Assembly (NCBI GenBank): GCA_002269645.1
Contig: NIVC01000814.1
Coordinates: forward strand, 62,001 to 126,000
Length of the DNA: 64,000 nt
Reading direction: 5' to 3'
Source of the DNA: Macrostomum lignano
Lineage: Eukaryota
The position numbers and the translations under genes were made by a program. The notes beneath the pieces were generated by a model. The model was not told the origin of the DNA. It ran no database searches and saw only the letters and a list, made by a program, of their open reading frames with translations. Within the stretch, counting starts at the first letter, position 1; the number at the start of each line of letters is the position of its first letter. Shown here in pieces: positions 1 to 12,957 of the stretch.

Positions 1-829
1 GACATCTCAGCAATTCCCCAGTAAGCCTTGACCTCTCAGCAATTCCCCCAGTAAGCCTTGTTAACTTGCCTTATCTTATCTGTCCAAAACATTCATTTTG
101 GGTCTTGTGTGCAGGTTAGTAAAGACCCTCACCTCTTATGATCTCTAAGCACATACAATCGCGCTAACAATCGCACATACAATCGCGCTACTTTAACAGT
201 TGGACATGTACAGTCTCTGTGCCTTGGGGGGGGGGGGGTGGTATCCCACGGCAAGCCACCTTTTCGTCTTGCAATTATTATAAAAGAATGCCCTAATGGG
301 GCTACTGTTAGTATAAGCAAAGTATTATAATACGTAGCGCTAAGGGTATAAGGAACAACAATGTAAAGGCGGCTTGCAGGAAAAACATCAAAGGAATTTA
401 AGATGGATGCCAGGTTGGGCTTGGGCCCTTGTCAGAGGACATCCACGTGTAAGAAATGAACATTGTGGTTTTTTTACTTGCTTCCTTCCTCTTGGATTGA
501 TGACAGTCCCCGTTTGCGCATCATTGCTGAACCAACAGCTGTTGTCTATGGATAAAGGCTGACAGCTTTGCACTTTTGCTTTTAGATTCCCACACACTTT
601 TCGGTGTTGTGTTTCACCAGGTAAAAAAATGTAGGTTTCACTATGAATAGCTCTTATATTGTTTGTTTTCTTAGTTGCAGCATTTGAATTATAGCCTTGC
701 AATTTTCCAATTTTCCAACCAACATACGTCTCACAAATCTTCTCGAATTATTCAAAAATATATAACTAAAATTTGTCTTTCAATGCTTTATTGCTCGAGC
801 AGATTATTGCTCTTCCGTGATATGAAGCT

Positions 830-1315
830 TTGAGCTAGTGGCAGTGACCAACAATGTCTCTTCCGTGATATGAAGATTAGCCATTGTGACAGTGACCAAC
901 AATGTCTCTTCCATGATATGAAGATTCGAGCTTGTGGCAGTGACCAACAATGTCTCTTTCATGAAATGAAGATTCGAGCTTGTGGCGGTGACCAACAATG
1001 TCTCTTCCATGATATGAAGATTCGAGCTTGTGGCAGTGACCAACAATGTCTCTTCCGTGATATAAAGCTTTGAGCTTGTGGCAGTGACCAACAATGTCTC
1101 TTCCGTGATATGAAGTTTTGAGCTTGTGGCAGTGACCAACAATGTCTCTTCCGTGATATGAAGTTTTGAGCTTGTGGCAGTGACCAACAATGTCTCTTCC
1201 ATGATATGAAGTTTTGAGCTTGTGGCAGTGACCAACAATGTCTCTTCCGTGATATAAAGCTTTGAGCTTGTGGCAGTGACCAACAATGTCTCTTCCATAA
1301 AATGAAGATTGCCAC
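830..1315. repeat. 45-bp minisatellite (GAGCTTGTGGCAGTGACCAACAATGTCTCTTCCGTGATATGAAGTTTT-type unit)
   Basis: About 10 tandem copies are visible. ORFs 804-1298 and 959-1315 have a 15-aa period, matching a 45-nt unit. Confidence 0.95.
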
Positions 1316-2949
1316 TTGTGATTAGCTAATCTATAAGATATTGTTTGTCGAGCTTACGAATTTTCGAACTATTTCGCCGGGGAAGTTTGTGTCGGCCCAT
1401 CTTGCACTAAAGTCAGCGACTCTTATAGTTGCTAGGCTCTGTATAGAATAATTAAATTGTTTTTTCTTTCAAACAGCGCTTTGCACTCGGATTGACCTTC
1501 CCTTTCAGGCACACACAACACCATGCAGTCCTAGTATATCCATGGTGCTGTCCGCAGTATGCACTATATAGTCCTACTAACTTTGTTGGCTTTCCTATGC
1601 AGTATAGCTTGGGTGTATCACTGATCTGTATTGCAGCTTTCGCATGTTCTCTATACATTAAAGTCCTTCCTTGCTTGTATATTGCTCTCTTATAGCCGGA
1701 TATGTGTAGCTAAACCGCCAGGGTACACACAGGAAAAGAGGCCATGCAGTTTGGGGCCTGCAAAATTGATGAGATACTCCTTGTAGAGAGCAAGAAAAAT
1801 CGAGGAGACAGTGGAGAAAAGGGATCGGAGAAAAACTGAATCGGCGTGTCCTTGCGTACTTCAGTTCTCCAACAGATCAGGTCGTACTTTTTGTTGCTTA
1901 TCTCGCTATAAGGATTCTGATCTGCTAGCTGTGAAGCAACTTTCTTTAATGCCTTTCGTCTGGCTTATCCCCGTTTGATGTTTCTCTGATGAAATCTGTT
2001 ATTGTCTATGGCCCAAAGGCTTGCACAAATCTCAAATTGGTTGCTCCGATCCGCAAACACACTGACATCGGATCGATAAATCTGATATCTAGGCGCCAAA
2101 ACTGAAATTGGATCGATAAATTGGACAGCCAGGCGCCAAAACTGACATCGCGGATTGATTAATTCAACCGAGTGGTCAGTCAGAATTAAGAAATCCAGCA
2201 ATCGTGATCAGGCATTTCAAATGCAACTAAAAATATTTAACTTTCGGCAAAGCAAAAACTCAGCCATAGCAACTATATTGCTGCATGAACAGTGAGGGTT
2301 CTGCAGCGCATCGGGATCACCGGCTCCCGTCGGCTTCACGTTTTTATTGATGGCTTCCCAGCCACTAAGCATTGTGCGAATTCTCCTATTTCTACACTGT
2401 CTCTCCTCCGCGCCTCCTATATATATAACACGAATACTGTGTGCAGAAAGAAATGGAAAACTTATAAAGACCCGCATAGCGACTCCATCTCCCCACATAC
2501 CTAAACTTGCTAATTAATATTTGCACTGCCTGGAACTGCAGCCTCCTCTTTGGCCAAAAAACCCCTCAGAATTGTATCTTTGCCCCAGTTATACGAGCCC
2601 TGCGCTGCCGTTCTCAAACTAATTGCATTTTCCTACTTCGATCCCGTTCGGGTAGCTAAATTATCCCTCACCATCAATCCCGTTATTTTTGAAGCCGCAC
2701 ATTTGAGTTCGTTTTGCGTTCTCATCGCAAGCACAGGCTCAATAGGACTGGCTATTAATACTGTATCTATATACGATAGATATACATCTAAACTGCATAT
2801 CTGCATCTTCATTTGGGGCCTGAGCAGTTTCAGCCACCACTTTATTTCTGAATCTACAGCGGAAACAAAGGTAATTTCTTAGCATTAGGGTTTTGTTCAT
2901 TGACGTAATTACACAATCTCAGCTGTTGCGACTTCGTAGCCCTCCCAAA

Positions 2950-3845
2950 TCCTCAGTTGCTGGGCCAGCCTCCCAGAGTGTCAGTTGCTGGGCCAGCCTC
3001 CCAGATCCTCAGCTGCTGGGCCAGCCTCCCAGAGTGTCAGTTGCTGGGCCAGCCTCCCAGAGTGTCAGTTGCTGGGCCAGCCTCCCAGATCCCCAGCTGC
3101 TGGGACAGCCTCCCAGAGTGTCAGTCGCTTGGCCAGCCTCCCTGATCCTCAGCTGCTGGGCCAGCCTCCCAGATCCTCAGTTGCTGGGCCAGCCTCCCAG
3201 ATCCTCAATTGCTGGTCCAGCCTCCCTGATTCTCAGTTGCTGGGTCAGCCTCCCAGATCCTCAGCTGCTGGGCCAGCCTCCCAGATCCTCAGTTGCTGGG
3301 CCAGCCTCCCAGATCCTCAATTGCTGGTCCAGCCTCCCTGATTCTCAGTTGCTGGGTCAGCCTCCCAGATCCTCAGCTGCTGGGCCAGCCTCCCAGATCC
3401 TCAGTTGCTGGGCCAGCCTCCCAGATCCTCAGTTGCTGGGCCAGCCTCCCTGATCCTCAGCTGCTGGGCCAGCCTCCCAGATCCTCAGTTGCTGGGCCAG
3501 CCTCCCAGATCCTCAGTTGCTGGGCCAGCCTCCCAGATCCTCAATTGCTGGTCCAGCCTCTCTGATTCTCAGTTGCTGGGTCAGCCTCCCAGATCCTCAG
3601 CTGCTGGGCCAGCCTCCCAGATCCTCAGTTGCTGGGCCAGCCTCCCAGATCCTCAGTTGCTGGGCCAGCCTCCCAGATCCTCAATTGCTGGTCCAGCCTC
3701 TCTGATTCTCAGTTGCTGGGCCAGCCTCCCAGATCCTCAATTGCTGGGCCAGCCTCTCAGATCCTCAGTTGCTGGGCCAGCCTCCCTGATCCTCAGTTAC
3801 TGGGCCAGCCTCCCAGATCCTCAGTGGCTGGGCTAGCCTCCCAGA
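2950..3845. repeat. 28-bp GC-rich minisatellite (GCTGGGCCAGCCTCCCAGATCCTCAGTT)
   Basis: About 30 copies, starting shortly after the donor-like site AAAG|GTAATT at 2870/2871. Confidence 0.95.
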
Positions 3846-4143
3846 TCCTTATCGTTGTTCACTTTCTCAACATTGCTTTTACTGAAAAATATTTCATAAA
3901 TAAAAAAATGGTTAGCTTGTAAAAGTGTTACGAAAGTACAGAGTGTACTTTATTATCCCGCGGATTTTACCGGCAACTTCGTGTAGCTGTCTTTAAAAAT
4001 AAGCATTATTGAGGAGTCTAAACTCTTAAAATACGAATTTTTGTTTTCTATGTGCACTTTGCTGAGCGGGTTGCGCCATAGACAAGTTCAGACACTACAG
4101 AAACAGTAACAGCAGAAATTTGACCCGAAACTTTCCATTTTAG

Positions 4144-4167
4144 GAAATGAACAGCTTTGATCAACTT
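4144..4167 (+). other. Putative 24-nt micro-exon, likely a 5' exon of the RING gene
   Basis: CTTTCCATTTTAG|GAAATGAACAGCTTTGATCAACTT|GTGAGT has a canonical acceptor and donor and lies in unique sequence between two arrays of the same repeat. Confidence 0.45.
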
Positions 4168-4479
4168 GTGAGTGCACCAAATTCCTGCCCTTCATCAACC
4201 GTTTCTTGTCTAGACTGGACCTTTCACTGCCCTTTAATAATTTACTAATTTCTTTTAGAAGGGGACAGGGGGTACCTAATAGCCATATTGCAATGGGACT
4301 GCAGCTCCCTAGGGAACCTATACAGTCTGCTTACTAAATGGACATAAATCTGAATTAGGCTGGCTTGGGCTCGCTTCAAATTTTGTCTCCGTTTTATTGC
4401 TGCTGGCTGCAAGCCGCTCACGTGAAATGCAATATGGCTGTAATATTCTGCATGCTTTCACATATCATTCTGGGATTCC

Positions 4480-4822
4480 AGACCCTCAGTTGCTGGGCCA
4501 GCCTCCCAGATTCTCAGTTGCTGAGCCAGCCTCCCAGATCCCCAATTGCTGGGCCAGCCTCCCAGATCCTCAGTTGCTGGGTAACCAGCCTCCCAGATCC
4601 CCAGCTGCTGGGACAGCCTCCCAGAGTGTCAGTCGCTTGGCCAGCCTCCCTGATCCTCAGTTGCTGGGCCAGCCTCCCAGATCCTCAGTTGCTGGGTAAC
4701 CAGCCTCCCAGATCCTCAGTTGCTGGGTAACCACCCTCCCAGATCCTCAGTTGCTGGGCCAGCCTCCCAGATCCTCAGTTTCTGGGCCAGCCTCCCAGAT
4801 CCTCAGTTGCTGGGCCAGCCTC
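4480..4822. repeat. Second array of the same 28-bp minisatellite
   Basis: Same unit as 2950-3845, including the variant block GGGACAGCCTCCCAGAGTGTCAGTCGCTTGG. Confidence 0.95.
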
Positions 4823-4889
4823 CATAAGATCCCGATTCTGCACAGAGCACACATCGGTCAGTTTGAGGCCAAGAAACTCCAACCGACCC

Positions 4890-5567
4890 ATGCCGCAGGC
4901 GCGGGCCATGCAGGAGCAGATGAAGATCGGCAGCAACGGAGACTACTTCATCTGCAACGCCAGCATTGTCGGCAACAATAATCGAATCTGGGGCCACAGA
5001 AACTCGGTCACAGGCAATGGCAACGAAGTGTGCGGCAACTGCAACACGGTGGTTGGCAATGACAACATTGTTAAAGGGCTGAACAACAATGTAGTTGGAA
5101 CAAACAATAGCATTGTGGATCAGCAGCAGCCGCAGCCGCCGAGGTCGCCAAACGTATCGGTTAACATCTGCAACAGGACCCGGGTTCGAATCGACAGTCA
5201 GGGGCGTCGATCGTGCGAGAATTTCCACGTCGAGTTGATCGAACACGGGCCAGGCGACAGCGGCAACAGGCAGAACAGCTCCTGTCCCAGCACGCCGAAG
5301 CACTACGACCTGTCCACTCTCGACGGTGTCGACTCCGCCGTGACCGCCGACAATTCTTCGACAACAACTGCAGCTGGCCAAACGGCGGCGAACAGCTGCT
5401 CGGTCTGTCTGTGCAGGGAGCGCTGCGTGAAACTGTCGCCCTGCCGGCACGTGCCGATCTGCGTGACCTGCGCGCATCGCCTGTTCTCTGGGGCTCGAAC
5501 CCGGACCGTACTGTGCCCCCTGTGCCGGTCGCCTGTTGAAGAGATTGAACGGCTGTTTCTGGGATGA
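4890..5567 (+). CDS. RING-HC E3 ubiquitin ligase with N-terminal GxxNxVx heptad (beta-roll) repeats
   Basis: First ATG at 4890, in frame with ORF 4863-5567. The C-terminal CSVC-x11-CRH-x3-CVTC...CPLC ending in IERLFLG is an IAP/Neuralized-type C3HC4 RING. Seven GxxNx(V/I)x repeats lie at 4971-5117. Confidence 0.85.
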   Translation: MPQARAMQEQMKIGSNGDYFICNASIVGNNNRIWGHRNSVTGNGNEVCGNCNTVVGNDNIVKGLNNNVVGTNNSIVDQQQPQPPRSPNVSVNICNRTRVRIDSQGRRSCENFHVELIEHGPGDSGNRQNSSCPSTPKHYDLSTLDGVDSAVTADNSSTTTAAGQTAANSCSVCLCRERCVKLSPCRHVPICVTCAHRLFSGARTRTVLCPLCRSPVEEIERLFLG

Positions 5568-5634
5568 ATTTAATTATTATAGTGATACTGGGGATAACAC
5601 TCTTTGCTAATGTATCGGTTGCAATGGAAGCTAT

Positions 5635-5930
5635 AATCTGGTTGCTATGGGCGCTATAATTTGGTTGCTATGGGTGCTATAATTTTGTGGCTATGGGCGC
5701 TATAATTTGGTTGCTATGGCCGCTATAATTTTGTGGCTATGGGCGCTATAATTTGGTTGCTATGGGCGCTATAATTTGGTTGCTATGGGTGCTATAATTT
5801 TGTGGCTATGGGCGCTATAATTTGGTTGCTATGGACGCTATAATTTGGTTGCTATAATTTTGTGGCTATGGGCGCTATAATTTGGTTGCTATGGGCGCTA
5901 TAATTTGGTTGCTATGGGCGCTAATGTGAT
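5635..5930. repeat. 23-bp minisatellite (GCTATGGGCGCTATAATTTGGTT)
   Basis: About 12 copies directly downstream of the RING stop codon. Confidence 0.9.
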
Positions 5931-8309
5931 TGCTATTGCTGCTATTTAAGTTGCTGGGAACGCAAATTGCATGGTTGCTATGGGTGCAGTTTTTAATATG
6001 GGCGTCACTGTGTTTGCTAATGGACTGAAAATTTGGTTGCTGTGGACGCTATAGATTGCTAAATGTACATGTACATCTATGCATTTCATACTTGTACATG
6101 TACTTGGCTTGGTTGCTAAAACTTTGGTTGTTTGCTTTGCTGCTCAATGTTTGAAATTATTGCCTGGTTGCCTGGTTTCTAAGGGCGCGCTAATTTGGTT
6201 GCTACGGCTATCATCGAGTCATGATCGGTGTGTATCACAAGGGTCACGGAAGCGAGTGACCGGGTTCACGTAAAATTAAAAGGCGTGTACATGATAAACA
6301 AAAACCCGCGACGCCCAACCTCTGAATTTTCAAATCGCTCTTCTTCATTCCATAAATGATAAATTTATGGTTATAAAAATCGAATTATTAACACATGGCT
6401 AACCTAAATTTATCCTACGGGTCTCAGCCAGTTGTATCGCGTTAAAAATTTTCATCGCTGTGTTTTTGCGTTATATTTTCCTCAGGTCATTTATCTTAAT
6501 TATCACTGGTTATTAGCCCTGATCTACACAGGCTACACTGCACTCACACGTACTCAGCTGTGCCGAGGCGTACATGCAGCAGTTGCACTTTTAATTAACC
6601 TATTTAATACTGCTCTCACCACTTTTCTCTTGCGTTTGATAAAAAATCAATTATTTCTAACTGACTAAACGTACTACACTACTTAACTAGCATGCATTAA
6701 GCATTATCAGGAGTATAATACGCGATGTGTTTACTTCTACGAACGAACACGCTTATTTGAAGTAAAATTTTTAAATGCAAAGATTTTCTGATTTAAATAC
6801 ACGTAAATACATTGTTAAATTACGATAACTATTTATCTATTTAAGATTATCAGACTTATTGACTTACATGTATTGATTGAATTGTTTCAACTTCGTACGT
6901 AAAATACAATTATCTCTTTGATCGAATTCTCTTTATATAAAAATTACTATTTTTAAGTAACTTATGCATATCGAGCTTATTTATTTAACTCATTATTATT
7001 GAGCTTTGCCTTTTTAAAAACTTATTTCTTGTCATTTGAATAAACGCAGGTAAAAATAAATAAATACATCGAGTCAAAATGTTCTCAATGAAAAATTAAT
7101 TTTTTAAAGTTTTTTGCACGGATGTTTGCTGTCAGATCTGTTTTCATGTTTTGTATAATAATATGCATAAGTAGCAGCTTGAGACACAATTAATATATTT
7201 ATGCATATTCACTAATCAATCAGACAGAGGGGACAGGAAAATGAAAAAGCAGAAATGACCCAAAAAAACAAGAGGGGCATTTTTTCGCATTGGTGCGTGT
7301 GAATTATTTATTTTACAGCCACTATAATTAATGCTGAAACTAATTAATCAATTAAGCAGATTGTTCACTAACCAGCTGTCAGCGTCTGTTCGATAAGTTT
7401 GAAATACTTTTCGTGCAGCATTTTATAATAGCATCATATTACACTACTAATAGTAGAAACAAAATTATAGGAAATCAACTTCTGCGGAGGCGGCGGACTT
7501 GAAAAAGCGGATTACACAATAAATTGAACTTCGAAAAGAAAGAAAAAAAGCAAACATTAAATAAACACAAAATAGCAGAAGACAACTTTTAGGGAGGCAT
7601 CGATTGGCTCTGTCTAGCAGCTAAACAAATAATTAAATGGACAAAATAAGTTCTTGCAAAATCAAAAAACTCATTTTTCAAAAAACGCACAGAGGGCAGA
7701 CAGACGAACTGTTTGTTTGTTAAAATAAGCAAAGGCTTTGTAAGTAGAAACTGGCGGCAGATGATTGCGGAACACACTACTGCTAGTACTAAGATATGAG
7801 TCTACTTGCGCAACCAATTTGTAATCATAGCAATACCGGTACGTATATACGTATTGATAAATACGGTCAGTAGGATTCGTTTTCATCATTTACACTACAT
7901 AAACACTACATAAATTGCAATTCAATGGATTTAAACAAAACAAACAAATTAAGCCAATCTTAAATTGCCTTGGAAACCATGCGATACTACTAAATAGTAG
8001 AAAACTCAGTACATGTAAGCTTATTAAAATAAGTAGCGATGTTTTTTCTCTGACAAGAAACAATTGACAGCCATCAGATCGAGCATACTAATTACAGTAG
8101 CACACTGTGCCTGGTGTCGGTTATTACATAATAATTACATAAGAAAAATGTGAAATTATTAGGATAATCGGTTTATCACAGATCGTAGTGCTGAAGAGTA
8201 CAAATTCAAAATACAAAAAAGTGATGAAGCACTGTCAGAACTGGATATTTAAGCTGGATTCTGGAGATGAGGGATGCTTTTACCTTTTATGCAAGAGCAA
8301 ATTCTCAGC

Positions 8310-8860
8310 CTGCCAGGTGGACAGTCGCTAATCCCCTCAGGTGGACAGTCGCTAATCCCCTCAGGTGGACAGTCGCTAAACCCCCTCAGGTGGACAGTCG
8401 CTAATCCCCTCAGGTGGACAGTCGCTAACCCCCTCAGGTGGACAGTCGCTAATCCCCTCAGGTGGACAATCGCTAACCCCCTCAGGTGGACAGTCGCTAA
8501 CCCCCTCAGATGGACAGTCGCTAACCCCCTCAGGTGGACAGTCGCTAACCCCCTCAGGTGGACAGTCGCTAATCCCTTCAGGTGAAAATTCACTAATCCC
8601 CTCAGGTGAAGTCACTAATCCCTTCAGGTGAACAGTCGCTAATCCACTCAGGTGGGCAGTCACTAATCCTCTCAGGTGGACAATCGCTAATCCCTCAGGT
8701 GAACAGCCGCTAATCCTCTCAGGTGGACAATAGCTAATCCCTTCAGTTGAAAATTCACTAATCCCCTCAGGTGAAGTCACTAATCCCTTCAGGTGAACAG
8801 TCGCTAATCCACTCAGGTGGGCAGTCACTAATCCTCTCAGGTGGACAATCGCTAATCCCC
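8310..8860. repeat. 24-bp minisatellite (TCAGGTGGACAGTCGCTAATCCCC) degenerating rightwards
   Basis: Direct inspection; the ORFs show an 8-aa period (LRGLATVH). Confidence 0.93.
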
Positions 8861-9984
8861 TGAGGTTAACAGACACAAATCTCTCAGATAAACGTACGCT
8901 AACCACCCCTCACTCCAGAAATCGCCAATGCGCTTTACAAAGAATTTTATATATTTTTCTAATTAGTTTGTTGGAAATAGTACAAAAAAGCAGAAAAATG
9001 TAATATTCAGCGCACAATTTCTAATGCATATAAAAGCAAGCAAACAATATGCAGCGCAAACCGGGACAACAGTTTTACATTGTTGGCTAGATATCACAAT
9101 TATTTATAGAAATTGATAGCAGCTCTTGTTATTGTGCATTTTAAATGGCTTGTTTTCAACTTTCTATACAAATACTACTACTAATAATAGTAAATAATAA
9201 ACTGACTGATATATTACGGAAATATATATGCAAAAAGGAGAGCGCGATTGTGAACAATATAAAATTGTTTTTAAACAACAACAAGGAAAACTGCGGCAAA
9301 TATGATTTCAGCTACTAATTACTACTACAAGTAGCCGTATATCATTATTATTAACAAAAACATCTGGAGCAACACAGTGGTTATCAGTGAAAAAGGAATT
9401 ATAAGCTAATTAAGAGAGACATATTTCTGGTGGCTTGTTGGTGCATAATGCTGGTAAACAAACAAATTGCAGAAATTTAAAATTAACCAAAATAAATACC
9501 TTATATAGCAACAAATTTAATAAAAACAAAAAAATTAAAATAAAGCAGATCAAAGGACAGGTTCAAAGAGAATAAATAAAACCTCAGAGCAAAGCATTTG
9601 AGTAAAAGACAACTAAAAAAGATGTGAAAAGCACATTATTACATAATTATTAATGCATGCAGACACTCCAGAGGCGATGGTACTACAAGAGTATCTCATA
9701 ATTATTGAAAGCAAATCGCACTTTATAAGCAGCTGCTAACAACTAATCAAGATCAATTAAAATTGTCAGTAATTATTAAATAATTCTAGACTCCAAAATA
9801 ACAAAAATTCAAACAAAGTTTTGATAAAATATTAAATAGCAAGGCAGAGACTTTGACTATGACTAAAACTGGTTCGCTTTCTAACAAATTATTTTGTGTA
9901 AACTGATATACACTGCACTTTCACTTTAAATTTGTTCTATAGTGTCCAGACACTTTGCTTTAGCATTGACACAGTTGGGTTATA

Positions 9985-10560
9985 GCTGGGTATCTAGGCA
10001 GATTGGTATCTAGATTACTGGGTATCTAGGCAGATAGGTATCTAGATTACTGGGTATCTAGGCAGATAGGTATCTAGATTACTGGGTATCTAGGCAGATA
10101 GGTATCTAGATAGCTAGGTATCTAGGCAGATGAGTATTTAGATAGCTGGGTATCTAGGCAGATGGGTATCTAGACCACAGGGTATCTAGGCAGATGGGTA
10201 TCTAGGCAATTAGGTATCCAAGCAACTGGGTATCTAGTCAACTGGGTATCTAGTCAACTGGGTATCTAGTCAATTGGGTATCTAGTCAACTGGGTATCTA
10301 GTCAAATGGGTATCTAGTCAATTGGGTATCTAGTCAATTGGGTAGCCAGTCAACTGGGTATCTAGTCAATTGGGTATCTAGTCAATTGGGTATCTAGTCA
10401 ATTGGGCATCTAGTCAATTGGGTATCTAGTCAATTGGGTATCTAGTCAATTAGGTATCTAGTCAATTGGGTATCTAGTCAATTGGGTATCTAGTCAACTG
10501 GGTATCTAGACAACGGGGTATCTAGACAACGGGGTATCTAGACAACTGGGTAGATATTTA
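9985..10560. repeat. Compound GGGTATCTAG-core minisatellite (about 26-bp units, then 17-bp units)
   Basis: GGGTATCTAGGCAGATAGGTATCTAGATTACT units are followed by GGGTATCTAGTCAATT units. Confidence 0.9.
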
Positions 10561-11929
10561 GACATCTGAGAATGTAGACAACTTATTGGATATCAAAGCA
10601 CACCAAATGAGTACTATATAAAGACGCCTAGGTATCTTTATACTACCATATATAGTATACTACTAGTCAACCCACGCAGCTAAACTCTCTGATAATAGAA
10701 CTGAAATTTGAAAAGCAAATTAAAACAGATTAAATTAATTCCGTAATTAATGCACAGACAGGCAGCACACTGGAATTTGATTGATAATAATAACAAATAT
10801 TAATAGTATAACACCATAGAGAAGGCAGATAAACAACGCGCACACATATCTTATAATACTACTACTAATAGTAGCAGATAAGCAAACAGTTTCATGAGGA
10901 ATTTATATATGAATAAGTACAGCATTAAATTATAAGGTTGAGGACATGCTCATCTGTTCAAATTCTCAGCAAACCAAAACACACAGGACCTGTTGAGCAC
11001 ATTTTAAAGTGTGTTAGAGAAACAAAAAGCACACAACAAATCAATGGAAATATCAAATAATTAATAAGACTGGAGATACGCAGTTACTAAGCTGAAATGT
11101 TCAAATGAAAGAATTTAGACTGCAAAACTAGAGCCAGAGAGAACGCCAAAGAGATTAATTAATTAATTCATTCATTCATATACAAAAAGTATAATCATAT
11201 TAGCACGGATTAACCACAACAGATTTCATCCCAAATCTTTAATACATATTAAGATAACAGATATTGCAGTTACTGCATAAACTGACAGCATTGGCTTAGC
11301 CAGAGAGGAGCGGGGAAAAAACTTTATAAAGAATCTTCACTACACTACTTAGCCGAGTAGAAAAGTAAGAGAGTTTTAATCTCTTTTTTTCATTAAAAAA
11401 CGAATGCAACAAACGGATAGAGAAAGGAGCACTGCAAATTTTGAGAGACCTGAGCAGCGCTTGACTGTGTGGCAATTTCGATGGCTGAAACTTTACAGAG
11501 CTATTAAATTATAGAGCCAAAATCCTGCAAGTAATTAGTAGATTAATAATAATAATTAAATTTCGAGAGCAGCTTGGTGAAAGACAACACGTGTTGTGCG
11601 ATTTGAAAGGAGAAAAGAAATTAAATTATAATTTAAAAAAAGCACATTAATACAAGGATAGGACAGTATGAGAATTGAAGCTTTGGAAGTTGGCAAACGA
11701 GTTTTGCTGTATGAAATACTAATTCTCTTATCATTTATGAGCAGCATGAGAAAGCCGAACAAGCTTTAAAAAAACCCTAAATATGAAAGTTGAAAGTAGA
11801 TTTTCTAGACAGGCTTACGCATCGATTGAGTGGCTTATCAGCTAGCTAGAGAAATTAACTTGTCTACAATTCAGATCGATAGCCTTTCGATTAGCTAGTT
11901 TTAATTATTAGATAATAATTTCCAACTTT

Positions 11930-12290
11930 TCGATAAACCACCGAAAAACTATCGATAATCCCTAGATAATCTACCGAAAATCTCTAGATAATCTATCGAT
12001 AATCCCTAGATAATCTACCGAAAATCTCTAGATAATCTATCGATTATCCCTCGATAATCTGCCGAAAATCTCTCGATAATCTATCGATAATCCCTCGATA
12101 ATCTGCCGAAAATCTCTAGATAATCTATCGATTATCCCTCGATAATCTATCGATAATCCTTAAATAATCTATAGATAATCCCTAGATAATTTATCGGTAA
12201 TCCCTCGATAATCTATCGATAAACCATAAATAATATATCGATAATCTCTCGATAATGTTAACGATAATCCGTCAATCAACGTATCGATAA
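11930..12290. repeat. Degenerate TCGATAATCT-core repeat
   Basis: Repeated TATCGATAATC / CTAGATAATC words. Confidence 0.8.
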
Positions 12291-12536
12291 TATAATCTAT
12301 CAATCTATAGTCATCCCACTAATCCGGATAAGGCATAAGACTAGTTACTACACAAAAACAATAGAAAGTACTATATAAAATTAACAAGAATGCAGGTTCT
12401 AGCTGCTAGGGGAATTATTGTTCGATTATTAATAATAATTTTAAACACACCGACTAAGACTAAGCGATAATTAATTTAGTCAATATCAACTCAGTAATTT
12501 AGTCGATCAATATTTGTTCCAAAATTCGAATCCACC

Positions 12537-12913
12537 TCACATCGGCTCAATGCCACCCTGGTCACCCCAGCCGCCTGTTGGCCAACCGGCTGTCAAAGCC
12601 GAAGCTGACGGCGGCACAGTCGGTGGAAGAGACGGCGGCGGCGGCATCGGCGGCGGAGCGGCGCCGGAGCCGGCTAGCAGAGCGGCAACGCTGGCCTCGG
12701 CCTCAGCATCGCCAATCAGCACAATATGCTGAGCCAGGCTGCTAATATTCTTATGCGCTTTGTCGGCCTCTTCTTTAGTGGCGAATTTCACCATGGCCCA
12801 CTGGTTAACTGGGCCAACTTGTAGGGCCAGCACCCGGCCCTGCTGATTGCAAATCATGCTTAATACGTCACGGTTAATCTGCGGATTCAACTGACGAATT
12901 AGTAGGCAACGTA

Positions 12914-12957
<44 letters not shown>

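Noticed and set aside
1452-2882. Short ORFs at 1.4-2.9 kb as a possible decayed transposase or gene
   Set aside because: No motif I can recognise and the frames are broken by stops; needs a translated search.
4803-5477. 224-aa antisense ORF over the RING gene, and antisense ORFs over GW182 (14468-15142, 16692-17033) and Mx (56027-56794)
   Set aside because: These are shadow ORFs of GC-rich coding sequence with no recognisable motifs.
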